From the NCBI GenBank assembly GCA_001801055.1, contig MGWP01000012.1, positions 1 to 56,024 of the forward strand: 56,024 nucleotides of DNA, written 5' to 3'. Source of the stretch: Gallionellales bacterium GWA2_55_18 (GTDB taxonomy: Bacteria > Pseudomonadota > Gammaproteobacteria > Burkholderiales > Gallionellaceae). The notes below the pieces were generated by a model. That model had not been told where the DNA came from, searched no databases, and saw only the letters and a list, made by a program, of their open reading frames with translations. Positions 42,870 to 51,931 of the stretch are shown piece after piece (the first letter of the stretch is position 1; every line of letters starts with the position of its first letter). The position numbers and the translations under genes are program-made.

Positions 42870-43988
42870 TCGCGCCGTCTTTTTGGCAAGACCGCGTTCC
42901 GGCGAATTTTCGTGCGTCAGGCGGTAATTGCGCACCGCCTGCAGGCTCGGGCTGACATCCGGCAATTCGATGCTGACGGGGGATGCGGCAATCTTCTTCA
43001 GCCCTGCCAGCATCCGCATGGCCTCGTTCGATTTGCCATCGAAATAGCGCGTCGTCCAGAGCTGCGCGGTTTTTAGTTCCTGCTTGAAACCATCCTCGTC
43101 GCGCGATAGCAAAGCGAGGCGCGCCGACAGCAGGCGCAGTTTGAGATTTTCGCGCAGGAAAAATTCCTGGTTTGGCGGCAGCAGCGGGATATCGGCCTTG
43201 CCGGTATCCTCGATACGCACCAGTTGTTTTGCGTCCTGCCAGATTTCGCGCAGCAGCATCTGCCAAGCCGTTTCATCCTTTGGCGTAGCGGTTTGCATTA
43301 CCGCTTCCTTTTTCGCCACACGCTGCTGATATACCAGCGGCAACTCGTCCACGGTAGCAATCAGGTTGTCGAGCTGGAGATTGATGCCGGTAATGTCCAC
43401 GCTGGGCAATGCGCGCAGCTTGTCCATATCCTGTCCGATGGCCTTGCGTAGCCCGTTGAATGCCGGTCGATCCATGCGCTGCAAGCGGGTGTCGGCGCTC
43501 TGCATGGCGATCAGCGCGGCCTTGACGTTGGACGACAGTTGCAATTGCTGCCCGGCGATCAGCAGCATTTGCTCTACTTCCGCCAATGCGGTTTCGTCGC
43601 GGCTGACCGACAGGTCGTTGTACAAAGCCTCCAACGCGGCGCGCTGATTTTGTGCTTCGGCGTAGCGTGATTCTATCGTCGCCACTTTGGCTGACAATTC
43701 GCGCACCTCGCCCTGGCTTTGCGTCAGCAGCATCTGGTTGGCCTTGCCGGCGCCATCCATCTCGGCGATCTTCTTCGCCAACTGCTGTTGCATGTCGCCG
43801 ATCACGCGATGCCCGTCGATCCATTGCCACAGGAAGATCACTACCAGAACCGCCAGCGTCATCTGCGTAATGTTGATACGCGCCAGCGCCGCGGCTACCG
43901 AAGTTTTGTGCGTCAATCGCGGCGGCGATTCAGGCAATGTGGAGCCGTCTTGTCTGCCATTATCCGGTTGTGTGGTTTGTTCGTTCAT
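42858..43988 (-). CDS. hemX: HemX family protein
   Basis: LAEVEQML..AGQQLQL, FFLRENLKLRLLSARLALL; hemCDXY order. Confidence 0.92.
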   Translation of the reverse strand: MNEQTTQPDNGRQDGSTLPESPPRLTHKTSVAAALARINITQMTLAVLVVIFLWQWIDGHRVIGDMQQQLAKKIAEMDGAGKANQMLLTQSQGEVRELSAKVATIESRYAEAQNQRAALEALYNDLSVSRDETALAEVEQMLLIAGQQLQLSSNVKAALIAMQSADTRLQRMDRPAFNGLRKAIGQDMDKLRALPSVDITGINLQLDNLIATVDELPLVYQQRVAKKEAVMQTATPKDETAWQMLLREIWQDAKQLVRIEDTGKADIPLLPPNQEFFLRENLKLRLLSARLALLSRDEDGFKQELKTAQLWTTRYFDGKSNEAMRMLAGLKKIAASPVSIELPDVSPSLQAVRNYRLTHENSPERGLAKKTARGNP

Positions 43989-44779
43989 GCTGCATCCTTT
44001 TTTTTGCATTCCGAACCCCATGCTACCAAAGCAGACAGTAATCCGTCATCCCCCGCACCGGTCAGCAACACTTTCCGCCAGCCTTGCCGCTGCGCCAATT
44101 CTGCGATACGTTTGTGCGGCACGAACAGCGGTATAGCGCATACGCTATCGCGCCGCGTATCGCCCAGCATCTGCCACAGATGATCCAGCGCCTCGCTGCT
44201 CGTCACCGTCAGCGCATCCGGCACAGCATCAATCAATGCGGCAATATCCTGCTGCGGTTTGCTGCGCCGGTAGCAGGCGGCATATTCCACCGTCGCGCCG
44301 CGCGCCCTGAGCGTATCGCCCAGCAGCTCGCGCCCGCCGTCACCGCGCAAAATCAACACGCGCCACCCGGCGACATGCTGCAATTCCGGCAGGGCCAGCA
44401 GGCCCTCGCTGTCGAAACGCTCTGCGGGCGCGATGACCTCTGCGATGCCCAGCTCGCGCAACGCTTTCGCGCTGCCCTGCCCGACGGTGGCGATCTTTAA
44501 TTTTTGTGGTAGTTCGCCCGCAGCGCGGATTGCCGCCATGCCGTACTGTACGGCATTCGGGCTGATGAAGATGGCGAGGTCGAATTCGGCGAGGCGGGAA
44601 ATCTGTTCGCGCAGCACCCGTTGATCCTGCGCAGGTGCGATATCCAGCAGCGGGAACAGCAGCGGAATGCCACCCGCCTGCTCGATGTGCCGCGCCAGCC
44701 GCGCGGCCTGGTCACGCGGTCGCGTGACGGCGATTTTTAAACCGGCCAGCGGAAGGTCATTGGCTGAATATGTCAACAA
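43985..44779 (-). CDS. hemD: Uroporphyrinogen-III synthase (start uncertain)
   Basis: VTRP, FISPNAV, DSEGLL, RGDGGRELL, TSSE. Confidence 0.94.
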   Translation of the reverse strand: MLTYSANDLPLAGLKIAVTRPRDQAARLARHIEQAGGIPLLFPLLDIAPAQDQRVLREQISRLAEFDLAIFISPNAVQYGMAAIRAAGELPQKLKIATVGQGSAKALRELGIAEVIAPAERFDSEGLLALPELQHVAGWRVLILRGDGGRELLGDTLRARGATVEYAACYRRSKPQQDIAALIDAVPDALTVTSSEALDHLWQMLGDTRRDSVCAIPLFVPHKRIAELAQRQGWRKVLLTGAGDDGLLSALVAWGSECKKKDAA

Positions 44780-44784
44780 TCACT

Positions 44785-44846
44785 CCGTTCGTGCTGAGCC
44801 TGTCGAAGCATGAATGTTCACCCTTCGACAAGCTCAGGGCGAACGG
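44785..44846. repeat. REP-like doublet (CTGAGCCTGTCGAAG / CTTCGACAAGCTCAG)
   Basis: Inverted pair between hemC and hemD; the same family occurs inside 46060-46195. Confidence 0.85.
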
Positions 44847-44867
44847 GGAAATTTTTTGTATGCAAGT

Positions 44868-45815
44868 TCAAGAATGGTTCAGCGCCGCAAGAATCTCGCC
44901 CGCACCCTGAGCCAGCAAGGCATCGGCTACCTGTTTGCCCAGTGCTTCGGGGTCGGCAATCTCGCCGGTCATTTCGGCGCGCACCATACGCTTGCCATCC
45001 GGGCTGGCGACGAAGCCGCGCATGCGCAGCTTGCCGTTCTGTACTTCGGCAAAACCGCCCAGCGGCACCTGGCAGCTGCCCGCCAGCACGCGGCTCATGG
45101 CGCGTTCCGCCAGCACGCAGGCGGCGGTATCGGGATGATGCAGCGGTTGCAGCAAAGCGATCACGTCGGCGCGGTCGGTGCGGCATTCGATGCCGAGCGC
45201 GCCCTGCCCGACGGCGGGCAGGCTGTCTTCGCTGGAAATGATGTTCCTGATGCGCGCGCCCAGCCCGAGGCGTTTCAGCCCGGCGGCGGCAAGGATGATC
45301 GCGGCATACTTTCCTTCGTCCAGCTTGCGCAAACGGGTCTGCACGTTGCCGCGCAGCGGCTCAATCTTCAGGTGCGGGAAGCGTGCGCGCAACTGGCTCT
45401 CGCGGCGCAGGCTGGAAGTGCCCACCACGCTGCCCGGCGGCAACGCGGCCAGGTTTTCATGTTTATTCGACACAAATGCATCGTGCGGATCTTCGCGTTC
45501 GCCGATGGCGGCCAGCACGAAACCTTCCGGCATGTGCATCGGCACATCCTTCAGCGAATGCACAGCGAGGTCGGCGCGCCCGTCTTCCAGCGCCGTTTCC
45601 AGCTCTTTCACGAACAGGCCCTTGCCGCCGATTTTCGACAGCGTCACATCGAGAATTTGGTCGCCCTGCGTGGTCATGCCGAGGATGCTGACTTCGGTCT
45701 GTGGATATAGCGCGCGCAGCCGGTCGCGGATGTGTTCTGCCTGCCACATGGCCAGCGCGCTTTCGCGCGAAGCGATTACCAGACGGGAGGGTGGAGCTGA
45801 GGATACTTGATTCAT
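44868..45815 (-). CDS. hemC: Porphobilinogen deaminase
   Basis: [44 protein letters not shown]. Confidence 0.98.
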   Translation of the reverse strand: MNQVSSAPPSRLVIASRESALAMWQAEHIRDRLRALYPQTEVSILGMTTQGDQILDVTLSKIGGKGLFVKELETALEDGRADLAVHSLKDVPMHMPEGFVLAAIGEREDPHDAFVSNKHENLAALPPGSVVGTSSLRRESQLRARFPHLKIEPLRGNVQTRLRKLDEGKYAAIILAAAGLKRLGLGARIRNIISSEDSLPAVGQGALGIECRTDRADVIALLQPLHHPDTAACVLAERAMSRVLAGSCQVPLGGFAEVQNGKLRMRGFVASPDGKRMVRAEMTGEIADPEALGKQVADALLAQGAGEILAALNHS

Positions 45816-46059
45816 CGGATTTCCTGAATTTTATTGGTCGTACGCGGCGCATTTTAACATGACGCGCGTCATACTTTTTTGTATGAATGTGGGGAGAATT
45901 GCTTCAACAATCGAAGTACAAGCGATGGGTACGCACTTCGATTTCTAGCACTTTTCCCGCGTTTTATACACTGTGTGTTTAGTGCTAAATCTCACAGTCG
46001 CCCTCAACTCTGGAGCGCGGCTCCAAGCCTTTTTCGTCAACGCAGGCACTGACCGAATC

Positions 46060-46195
46060 TAAGGAAACACTGAATAAGTCCGTTCGCCCTGAGCCTGTCG
46101 AAGGGCGAACTTCGCAACTTATTGATCGTGCGCCATCTTCCGTTCATGGTTCGACAGGCTCACCACGAGCGGAATACTTATTCAGTGTTTCCTTA
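46060..46195. mobile_element. MITE enclosing a REP doublet
   Basis: Perfect 20-bp TIR TAAGGAAACACTGAATAAGT; inner CTGAGCCTGTCGAAG...TTCGACAGGCTCAC. Confidence 0.85.
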
Positions 46196-46252
46196 ACGTA
46201 ATTTAACCGGCTCCGCGCTTTTGCGGAGTCCCGCTTGAGCGTAGGGTTGGAC
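46191..46252 (-). other. attC site (last of the array)
   Basis: Minus strand GTCCAAC-CCTACGCTCAAGCGGGACTCCGCAAAAGCGCGGAGCCGGTTAAATTAC-GTTAAGG. Confidence 0.8.
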
Positions 46253-46358
46253 GAAGCCGCTATCGCGGAGAAATGCCCCCCATCAATTTGAGTCAAAGCC
46301 ATAATTCTCCTCAGCCCCGCAAGGGATTTTTTTGCACTTTAACATGAGGAGAATGTCT

Positions 46359-47266
46359 ATGACACACGAATTTCCACAACCATTTGCGAGGCATTACGAG
46401 AGCCTGCTCAAGCGCTTGAAGTTGCGCGGCATGCAGCCCAAGACGGTCGAAGCGTACAGCCACGGCGTGCGCCGGGCAGGCGCGCATTTCGACTACCGCA
46501 TCGATGACTTGAACAAAGATCAACTGACCGATTATTTCGCGGAGATCCTGGATCATCTGTCGTGGAGCACGCTCAAGCACGATTTATATGGGCTGAAGTT
46601 TTACTACGCCTATGTGCTGGGCAAACCCTGGCCCGGAGCCGAGTTGACCAAAGCGCCCAAGGTGTCGCGTCTGCCGGATATCGTGACGGTGGCGCAGATG
46701 CAGCAGATCGTGGATGCGACGCGCGTGCTCAGCTACCGGGTGTTCTTTTTTGCCCTGTACAGCATGGGCTTGCGTCTGGGGGAAGGGTTGCAGTTGCGGG
46801 TGGGCGATCTCGATGCGGGGCGGATGCGGGTGCATGTCCGCGATGCCAAGGGCAACCGGGACCGGCTGGTGCCACTGCCTGCCCACACGCTGGAAGTGTT
46901 GCGCGAGTTCTGGAAAGTGCATCGCAACCCGGTGCTGTTATTTCCCAACCGCAAAAAAGGACTCGGGGGCGCAGCCAATGCGACGACGCACATGGATCGT
47001 GGCGGCGTGCAACAGGCGTTGCGTCAGGTCACCGAGCATATCGGTTTAAAAAAAGAATTACGCCGCATTGCCTTCGCCACAGCTATGCCACCCACCTGAT
47101 CGAAGCGGGCGTCGGCCTGCTCGAAGTGCAAAAAATTCTCGGTCACCACTCGGTGATCACTACCAGCCGCTACACCCATCTCACCGAACATCGCAAAGAG
47201 TCCGCCGAAGCGTACATCAACACTCTGATGGGCCAGATCAAGGTCGGCTGGAACAGAGTCGTATGA
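46359..47266 (+). CDS. Tyrosine recombinase requiring a -1 frameshift at 47048-47054
   Basis: Frame 0 has GLRLGE and [10 protein letters not shown]; frame -1 has [14 protein letters not shown] and TTSRYTH; junction TTA AAA AAA GAA. Confidence 0.85.
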
Positions 47267-48339
47267 TGCGCCTCGCCGATATTGTGTCCCAATACGCGCC
47301 CGACCTGCTCGAACGGCACGGGCACGAACTGCTGCCCGGCCAACTGAAAGCACTCAACGCGTTCGGGCAGTGCCGCAGCGCGGGCGCGCCCAGAATGCTG
47401 CTGTCCTGCGACGGCTGCGAGCAGGAATGCTGGCTACCGCATTCCTGCGGCAACCGGCACTGCCCGCAGTGTCAGGCTCACGAATCGCAGCGCTGGATTG
47501 ACAAGCAGTTGCAGCGGCTGGTGCCGGGCGAGTATTTCTTGATCACGTTTACCTTGCCCGCACAATTCCGTGCGTTGGCCTGGTGGCACCAGCGCGTGCT
47601 GTACGAGCTCATCATTCGCAACGCCTGGGCCACGGCCAACACCTTCAGCCAGAACGACAAGAAGCTGCGCGGGACGGCGGGCGCGGTGGCGGTGTTGCAC
47701 ACGCACAACCGCCGTCTGGATTTCCACCCGCACGTACATCTGGTGATGCCGTCGGTCGCGTTCGATGCCCGGCAGCGGCTGTGGCGCAACAAAGACAGCG
47801 GTTTTCTGTTCGACCACAAAGCGCTGGCCAAAGTATTCCGCGCCAAGATGCTGGACGGCATCAAACGGGCGGGGTTAAAACTTCCCGAGCAGTATCCCGA
47901 AGAATGGGTGGTGCATTGCGAGGCGGTGGGTTCCGGCCAGAAGGCCTTGGTGTATCTGGGACGGTATTTGTATCGCGGGGTGTTGCCCGAGAAAAACATC
48001 GTGTCAAACCGTGATGGCAACGTCACGTTCCGCTACCAGAACAGCGAAACCCGCAAGATGGAAACCCGTACTTTGAGCGGCGTGGCGTTCCTGCGCAAAA
48101 TCCTGCTGCATATCCTCCCGAAGGGTTTCAGGCGCGCGCGCAATTTTGGTTTTCTGCACCCCAACAGCAAGCTGGTCAAACTGGTGCAACTAATCAAACA
48201 GGTGCTTGTTCCACCCAGACCGCGCCCGGTGGTGAGCTGCACCTGCTGCGGCAAGCCAATGCGGATTGTGCGCACGCGGGTGAGGTGCGCGGGGGATGCA
48301 TCGCGCAGCCTGGTGCCGATCAGGGAGACCGCCATGTAA
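47263..48339 (+). CDS. IS91-family rolling-circle (HUH/Y2) transposase
   Basis: Zn-binding [21 protein letters not shown]...HPHVH, YLGRY, HILPKGF. Confidence 0.93.
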   Translation: MMRLADIVSQYAPDLLERHGHELLPGQLKALNAFGQCRSAGAPRMLLSCDGCEQECWLPHSCGNRHCPQCQAHESQRWIDKQLQRLVPGEYFLITFTLPAQFRALAWWHQRVLYELIIRNAWATANTFSQNDKKLRGTAGAVAVLHTHNRRLDFHPHVHLVMPSVAFDARQRLWRNKDSGFLFDHKALAKVFRAKMLDGIKRAGLKLPEQYPEEWVVHCEAVGSGQKALVYLGRYLYRGVLPEKNIVSNRDGNVTFRYQNSETRKMETRTLSGVAFLRKILLHILPKGFRRARNFGFLHPNSKLVKLVQLIKQVLVPPRPRPVVSCTCCGKPMRIVRTRVRCAGDASRSLVPIRETAM

Positions 48340-48559
48340 ACCGGCGCACCCCGCAAACCTGCTGCCACCAGCAGGTGCGGACAAACTCACTCTGAAATCG
48401 GCGGAAGTCGCATAAAACAGCCACTTGGGGCACGGGAAACGGCGATGTCGTCTTGCCCCAAGTGGCATTTTAAAATATCCGGGGGAAGCTCAGCCCTTGA
48501 ATGCGAGGCCGGATTTTTGGAGATATTTGCATAGCGTTTGTGAGGCCCCCGCCGAGCTC

Positions 48560-48622
48560 GTCCAACAAACGGTTCAGATCGCGGCTCGCTTCGCGATCAC
48601 GATCTAACCTTAATCGTTAGGC
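48560..48622 (+). other. attC-like site, opposite polarity to the array
   Basis: GTCCAAC...GGTT(C)AGATCG / CGATCTAACC...GTTAGGC, with the extrahelical-base L-box signature. Confidence 0.78.
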
Positions 48623-48875
48623 TTTCGGTCGAAGCTATCAATGGAAAGGCAGAAGGGTTGCGTATGGACTCGACGGCTAAGTCAATGTCCAGCGATGGCC
48701 AAAAAAGGTGATTTTCGGCAGGCCACTCGACCTCGCATAACTGCTCGATTGTTGCACCCCGAAACCACGGGAAATCAGTAAACGGTAAAAATAACTCTTC
48801 GTCGGCAAGTAACAGCCAGAAGCCATGTTTTGAAACATGGGTGATTTCAGCTTGGGAAGTGAGTGTGCCAGGCAT
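48597..48875 (-). CDS. DUF2442-type putative antitoxin (cassette gene)
   Basis: LPFTDFPWF, HLFWPSLDIDLAVESI; overlaps the upstream DUF4160 gene. Confidence 0.8.
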   Translation of the reverse strand: MPGTLTSQAEITHVSKHGFWLLLADEELFLPFTDFPWFRGATIEQLCEVEWPAENHLFWPSLDIDLAVESIRNPSAFPLIASTESLTIKVRS

Positions 48876-49086
48876 GGGTTATCTCCTCCATGTGAACAAC
48901 GACAAGACGTTGAGCTTCCTTGATTTGTTTGGGCGACAGCCCGGTGCTTGTTGCCAGTGCCAGTCTTGGCGACAGCCAAAATTTGGCTTCCCCATCTGGA
49001 TGGCTGACATGCACATGCATCTTCGGCTCTTCCCGCGAAAAGAAAAAGAACCGAAAGCTACCCTCACGAAAAATTGTCGGCGACAT
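48847..49086 (-). CDS. DUF4160-type putative toxin (cassette gene)
   Basis: MSPTIFREGSFRFFFFSREEPKMHVHV, EAKFWL, AWHTHF. Confidence 0.82.
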   Translation of the reverse strand: MSPTIFREGSFRFFFFSREEPKMHVHVSHPDGEAKFWLSPRLALATSTGLSPKQIKEAQRLVVVHMEEITHAWHTHFPS

Positions 49087-49107
49087 GACCGAATTATAGC
49101 CCCTAAC

Positions 49108-50177
49108 GAATGAAAGGGACTTCCCCGTCCCGAGGCAGCGGAGAAGTTTCCGCAAACGGCAACAAGTGCCATGATGGAATTTTGGTCATTTCATCAACAC
49201 CACGAAAGGGGAAGCCCATGAACATTATCACCGTAGGAATCGATCTCACCAAGAACGTGTTTGCCGTGCACGGCGTAGATGATAACGGCAAGCCCGCACT
49301 GGTCAAGCCGAAAGTTTCACGCGCGGATTCGCTGCCGCTGATCGCGCAACTGCCGCCATGCACCATCGGCATGGAGGCGTGTTCCGGTGCACACCACTGG
49401 GCGCGGCAGTTCAGGCAATACGGCCACACCGTCAAACTGATGGCGCCGAAGTTCGTCGCGCCCTACCGCATGACCGGCAAGCGCGGCAAGAACGATGCGG
49501 CGGATGCCGCCGCGATCTGCGAGGCCGTCACTCGCCCGGCCATGCTTTTCGTCCCGGTCAAGGAAGAACACCAGCAGATCATCCTGTGCCTGCACCGCAC
49601 ACGCCAAGGATTCGTCGAAGAGCGCACCGCCAGCTACAACCGCCTGCGCGGATTGATCGCCGAATTCGGCATCGTCCTGCCGCAGAAAGTGACTGCCTGC
49701 GCCGCGAGATCGGCGCGCACCTGGAAGACCTGCCGGGTTACGCCAAGGCGCGGCTCGGGCGGATTACCAAGGCCGGAGACAACTACCTGCGCAGCCTGCT
49801 CGTCATGGGCGCGCGGGCGGTGCTCAACAGCATCGGCGACAAGCAAGATAGATTCAGCCGCTGGGCGCGCGCACTGCAAGAGCGGCGCGGCTACTGGCGC
49901 GCGGTGATCGCCATCGCGGCGAAGAATGCGCGGCTGGCGTGGGCGGTGTTGAGGTATGGCGAAGATTTCAAACTGGAGCTGGGCAAAGAGTAAAAACCAA
50001 AACCGTCTGCCAAAGAGAAGATACCTGAAAGGAATAACGTGATAGTGACCTCATTCAGCGAATTCCATCAGGGATAGAGGCGAAGGCCTCACCAAAAATC
50101 CGGATGTGTGGCTGCAATCTTTACCTGCCCTCAAAATCATCGAATGAAAGTGCTTGGCAAAAGTGGGCGTCCATGTA
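49108..50177 (+). mobile_element. IS110 family, IS1111-attC type element, internally deleted
   Basis: Splits attC CCCTAAC(G)|TGGAGCTAAGGGG; sub-terminal IRs; downstream non-coding region. Confidence 0.85.
49218..49993 (+). pseudogene. IS110 DEDD transposase with frameshift and internal deletion
   Basis: GIDLTK, GMEAC, KNDAADA; frame change near 49697; C-terminal RLGRITKAGDNYLRSLL lacks the preceding SG motif region. Confidence 0.85.
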
Positions 50178-50232
50178 TGGAGCTAAGGGGCTGCGCGCTT
50201 TTGTGCAGTCCCGCTTGAGCGTAGGGTTAGAG
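50178..50232 (-). other. attC site (R' part displaced to 49101-49108)
   Basis: Minus strand CTCTAAC-CCTACGCTCAAGCGGGACTGCACAAAAGCGCGCAGCCCCTTAGCTCCA|CGTTAGGG. Confidence 0.85.
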
Positions 50233-50452
50233 GCAACGCTTCGAGGCGCTCGGCAAGCCATACCTTAATAATGGACTGCCGGGTTACGCCAAGCTTTCTC
50301 GCTTCACGATCTAACGATTCGATCATCCACGTAGGGAAATCAACATTAACGCGCTTTTGCTTTTGCAGCACGCGCTTCGATTTGGATAAGTCCAGTGAAC
50401 CGGTGATGTCAATACCCTTGTCAAACTGTTGGTCAAAAATTTTAGCTTTCAT
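50183..50452 (-). CDS. BrnA/CopG-like RHH antitoxin; ORF reads through the attC
   Basis: RVNVDFPTWMIESLDREARKLGVTRQSIIKVWLAERL. Confidence 0.85.
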   Translation of the reverse strand: MKAKIFDQQFDKGIDITGSLDLSKSKRVLQKQKRVNVDFPTWMIESLDREARKLGVTRQSIIKVWLAERLEALPLTLRSSGTAQKRAAP

Positions 50453-50705
50453 ATAAGGCAACCTCCTCAGGCCGTGAACGACGAACAGAAATTAGTCGGA
50501 CACTTTCATTTCTATAAGTGATTACGGCTGACCAGTGCTTCCCGTTAATCAGACCTATCAGCAAGTACCGAGGTTCATCTTCTGTTTTCGCGGGAATTTC
50601 CAATAATCTTGGGTCATCCCACAAAGCCTGTGCATCAATAAAATTGATGCCGTGCTTCAGAAGATTAGCTTGGCTTTTCTGCTCGTTAAATTCAAAAGTA
50701 ATCAA
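50442..50705 (-). CDS. BrnT family toxin (start uncertain)
   Basis: FEFNEQKSQANLLKHGINF, VRLISVRRS. Confidence 0.88.
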   Translation of the reverse strand: MITFEFNEQKSQANLLKHGINFIDAQALWDDPRLLEIPAKTEDEPRYLLIGLINGKHWSAVITYRNESVRLISVRRSRPEEVALYES

Positions 50706-50755
50706 AGTATAGAAAATATACCATTTTTGGTGAGAGTGCAAGTGCCGGAGGTTGC

Positions 50756-50815
50756 CTCTAACGTAGAATTAACCGGCTCCGCGCTTTTGCGGCCGGGTTG
50801 AATGTCGGGTTGGGC
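50756..50815 (-). other. attC site (uninterrupted)
   Basis: Minus strand GCCCAAC-CCGACATTCAACCCGGCCGCAAAAGCGCGGAGCCGGTTAATTCTAC-GTTAGAG. Confidence 0.88.
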
Positions 50816-50821
50816 ATAGGA

Positions 50822-51097
50822 TTACATCGACCTAGAAAATTGCTGCTCATTTGCAAACTGGCGGGAGAAGAATGTCGTGGAGCAGTCACAGTGTTCCAAA
50901 TTTTTGGGGCAATAATGTTCGAAGAGCGCGACATCTTCAAAGTGTGCCACCTTAATGGTAAAGAAATTTGCTCCGGCATTCATCGCTAAAGGGATTGCTT
51001 TCTGCTCGCCGTAGGCGGATAGCATAAAAAGCGGCCCCCACGCGTTTTGTGGTTTCACACTTGCGGTTACAGAAAATTTAGGTGTTGAATCTGACAC
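50822..51097 (-). CDS. Hypothetical cassette ORF
   Basis: Open frame from a GTG right after the core site to a stop just before the attC; no recognisable motif. Confidence 0.35.
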   Translation of the reverse strand: MSDSTPKFSVTASVKPQNAWGPLFMLSAYGEQKAIPLAMNAGANFFTIKVAHFEDVALFEHYCPKNLEHCDCSTTFFSRQFANEQQFSRSM

Positions 51098-51101
51098 AAC
51101 G

Positions 51102-51875
51102 TAATGGAATGGACGCCCACTTCCTAATACGGCATCGAAGTGCCAAAGTAGTGGTGGCTTTACTACCACTAACCATAGAAAGGGGCATCCAAAAATGAAG
51201 ATTACGACAATTGGCATCGATCTGGCAAAAAATGTTTTTCAGATACACGGCGTGGATGAACGCGGCAAGGTGGCTGCGCGCAAGCAGTTGAAGCGCGCGG
51301 AGATGTCGAAATATTTCGCCAAACTGGAGCCGTGCTTGATCGGCATGGAGGCTTGCGGCAGCGCGCATCACTGGGCGAGGAAACTGGAAGGGTACGGGCA
51401 CACGGTCAAACTGATGGCGCCCCAGTTTGTAAAACCCTATGTCAAAACGAACAAGAACGACATGGCCGATGCGGAAGCGATCTGCGAAGCGGTGTGCAGG
51501 CCGAACATGCGGTTTGTCGCAAAGAAGACGGTCGAGCAGCAAGCGATTATTTCGGTGCACCGGGCGCGCCAGGGATTCGTGAAAGCCCGCACGGCGCAGG
51601 GCAACCAGATACGGGGTTTGCTCTCAGAGTTCGGGATCGTGATACCACAGGGTATTGCCTCGATCACGAAGCAGGTGCCGGAGATTCTGGAGGACGGAGA
51701 GAACGGATTGCCTGGCGCGATGCGCAACCTGATAGAACGGCTGACGGAGACCGGTTGTAGTTTAGCAGTCCTTCACCTTCTCGCACGATGCAAGCAGCGC
51801 GATTTGAAACGGAACGGAGAATGGCAATGAGATAGAAATTTCAAAACCGCTTGCTAAATTGGGGAAGCCCTTGTA
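51102..51875 (+). mobile_element. IS110 family, IS1111-attC type element, truncated
   Basis: Splits attC GACACAACG|GTAAAGTGAGGGG; sub-terminal IRs 7 bp and 3 bp from the ends. Confidence 0.85.
51195..51830 (+). pseudogene. IS110 transposase, N-terminal half only
   Basis: GIDLAKNVFQIHG, GMEACGSAHHWAR, KNDMADAEAI; similarity is lost after about 51750. Confidence 0.85.
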
Positions 51876-51930
51876 GTAAAGTGAGGGGCTGCGCGCTTTT
51901 GCGCAGTCCCGCTCGACTGCCGGGTTGGGC
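51876..51930 (-). other. attC site (R' part displaced to 51094-51101)
   Basis: Minus strand GCCCAAC-CCGGCAGTCGAGCGGGACTGCGCAAAAGCGCGCAGCCCCTCACTTTAC. Confidence 0.85.
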
Positions 51931-51931
51931 T

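Larger units (their letters stand above)
46247..48616 (+). mobile_element. IS91-related two-gene element (tyrosine recombinase + HUH transposase) with a cassette-like structure
   Basis: Begins G/TTGGAC, ends in its own attC (GTCCAAC...G/TTAGGC) and splits an array attC. Confidence 0.85.

Noticed and set aside
46359-47266. Tyrosine recombinase as the integron integrase IntI
   Set aside because: It is short, shows no obvious IntI-specific insertion before the HxxR box, has no attI, and is coupled to an IS91 transposase inside a discrete element
51098-51217. N-terminal part of the 131-aa ORF 50822-51217
   Set aside because: It lies within the IS1111 left end, so it is a chance read-through
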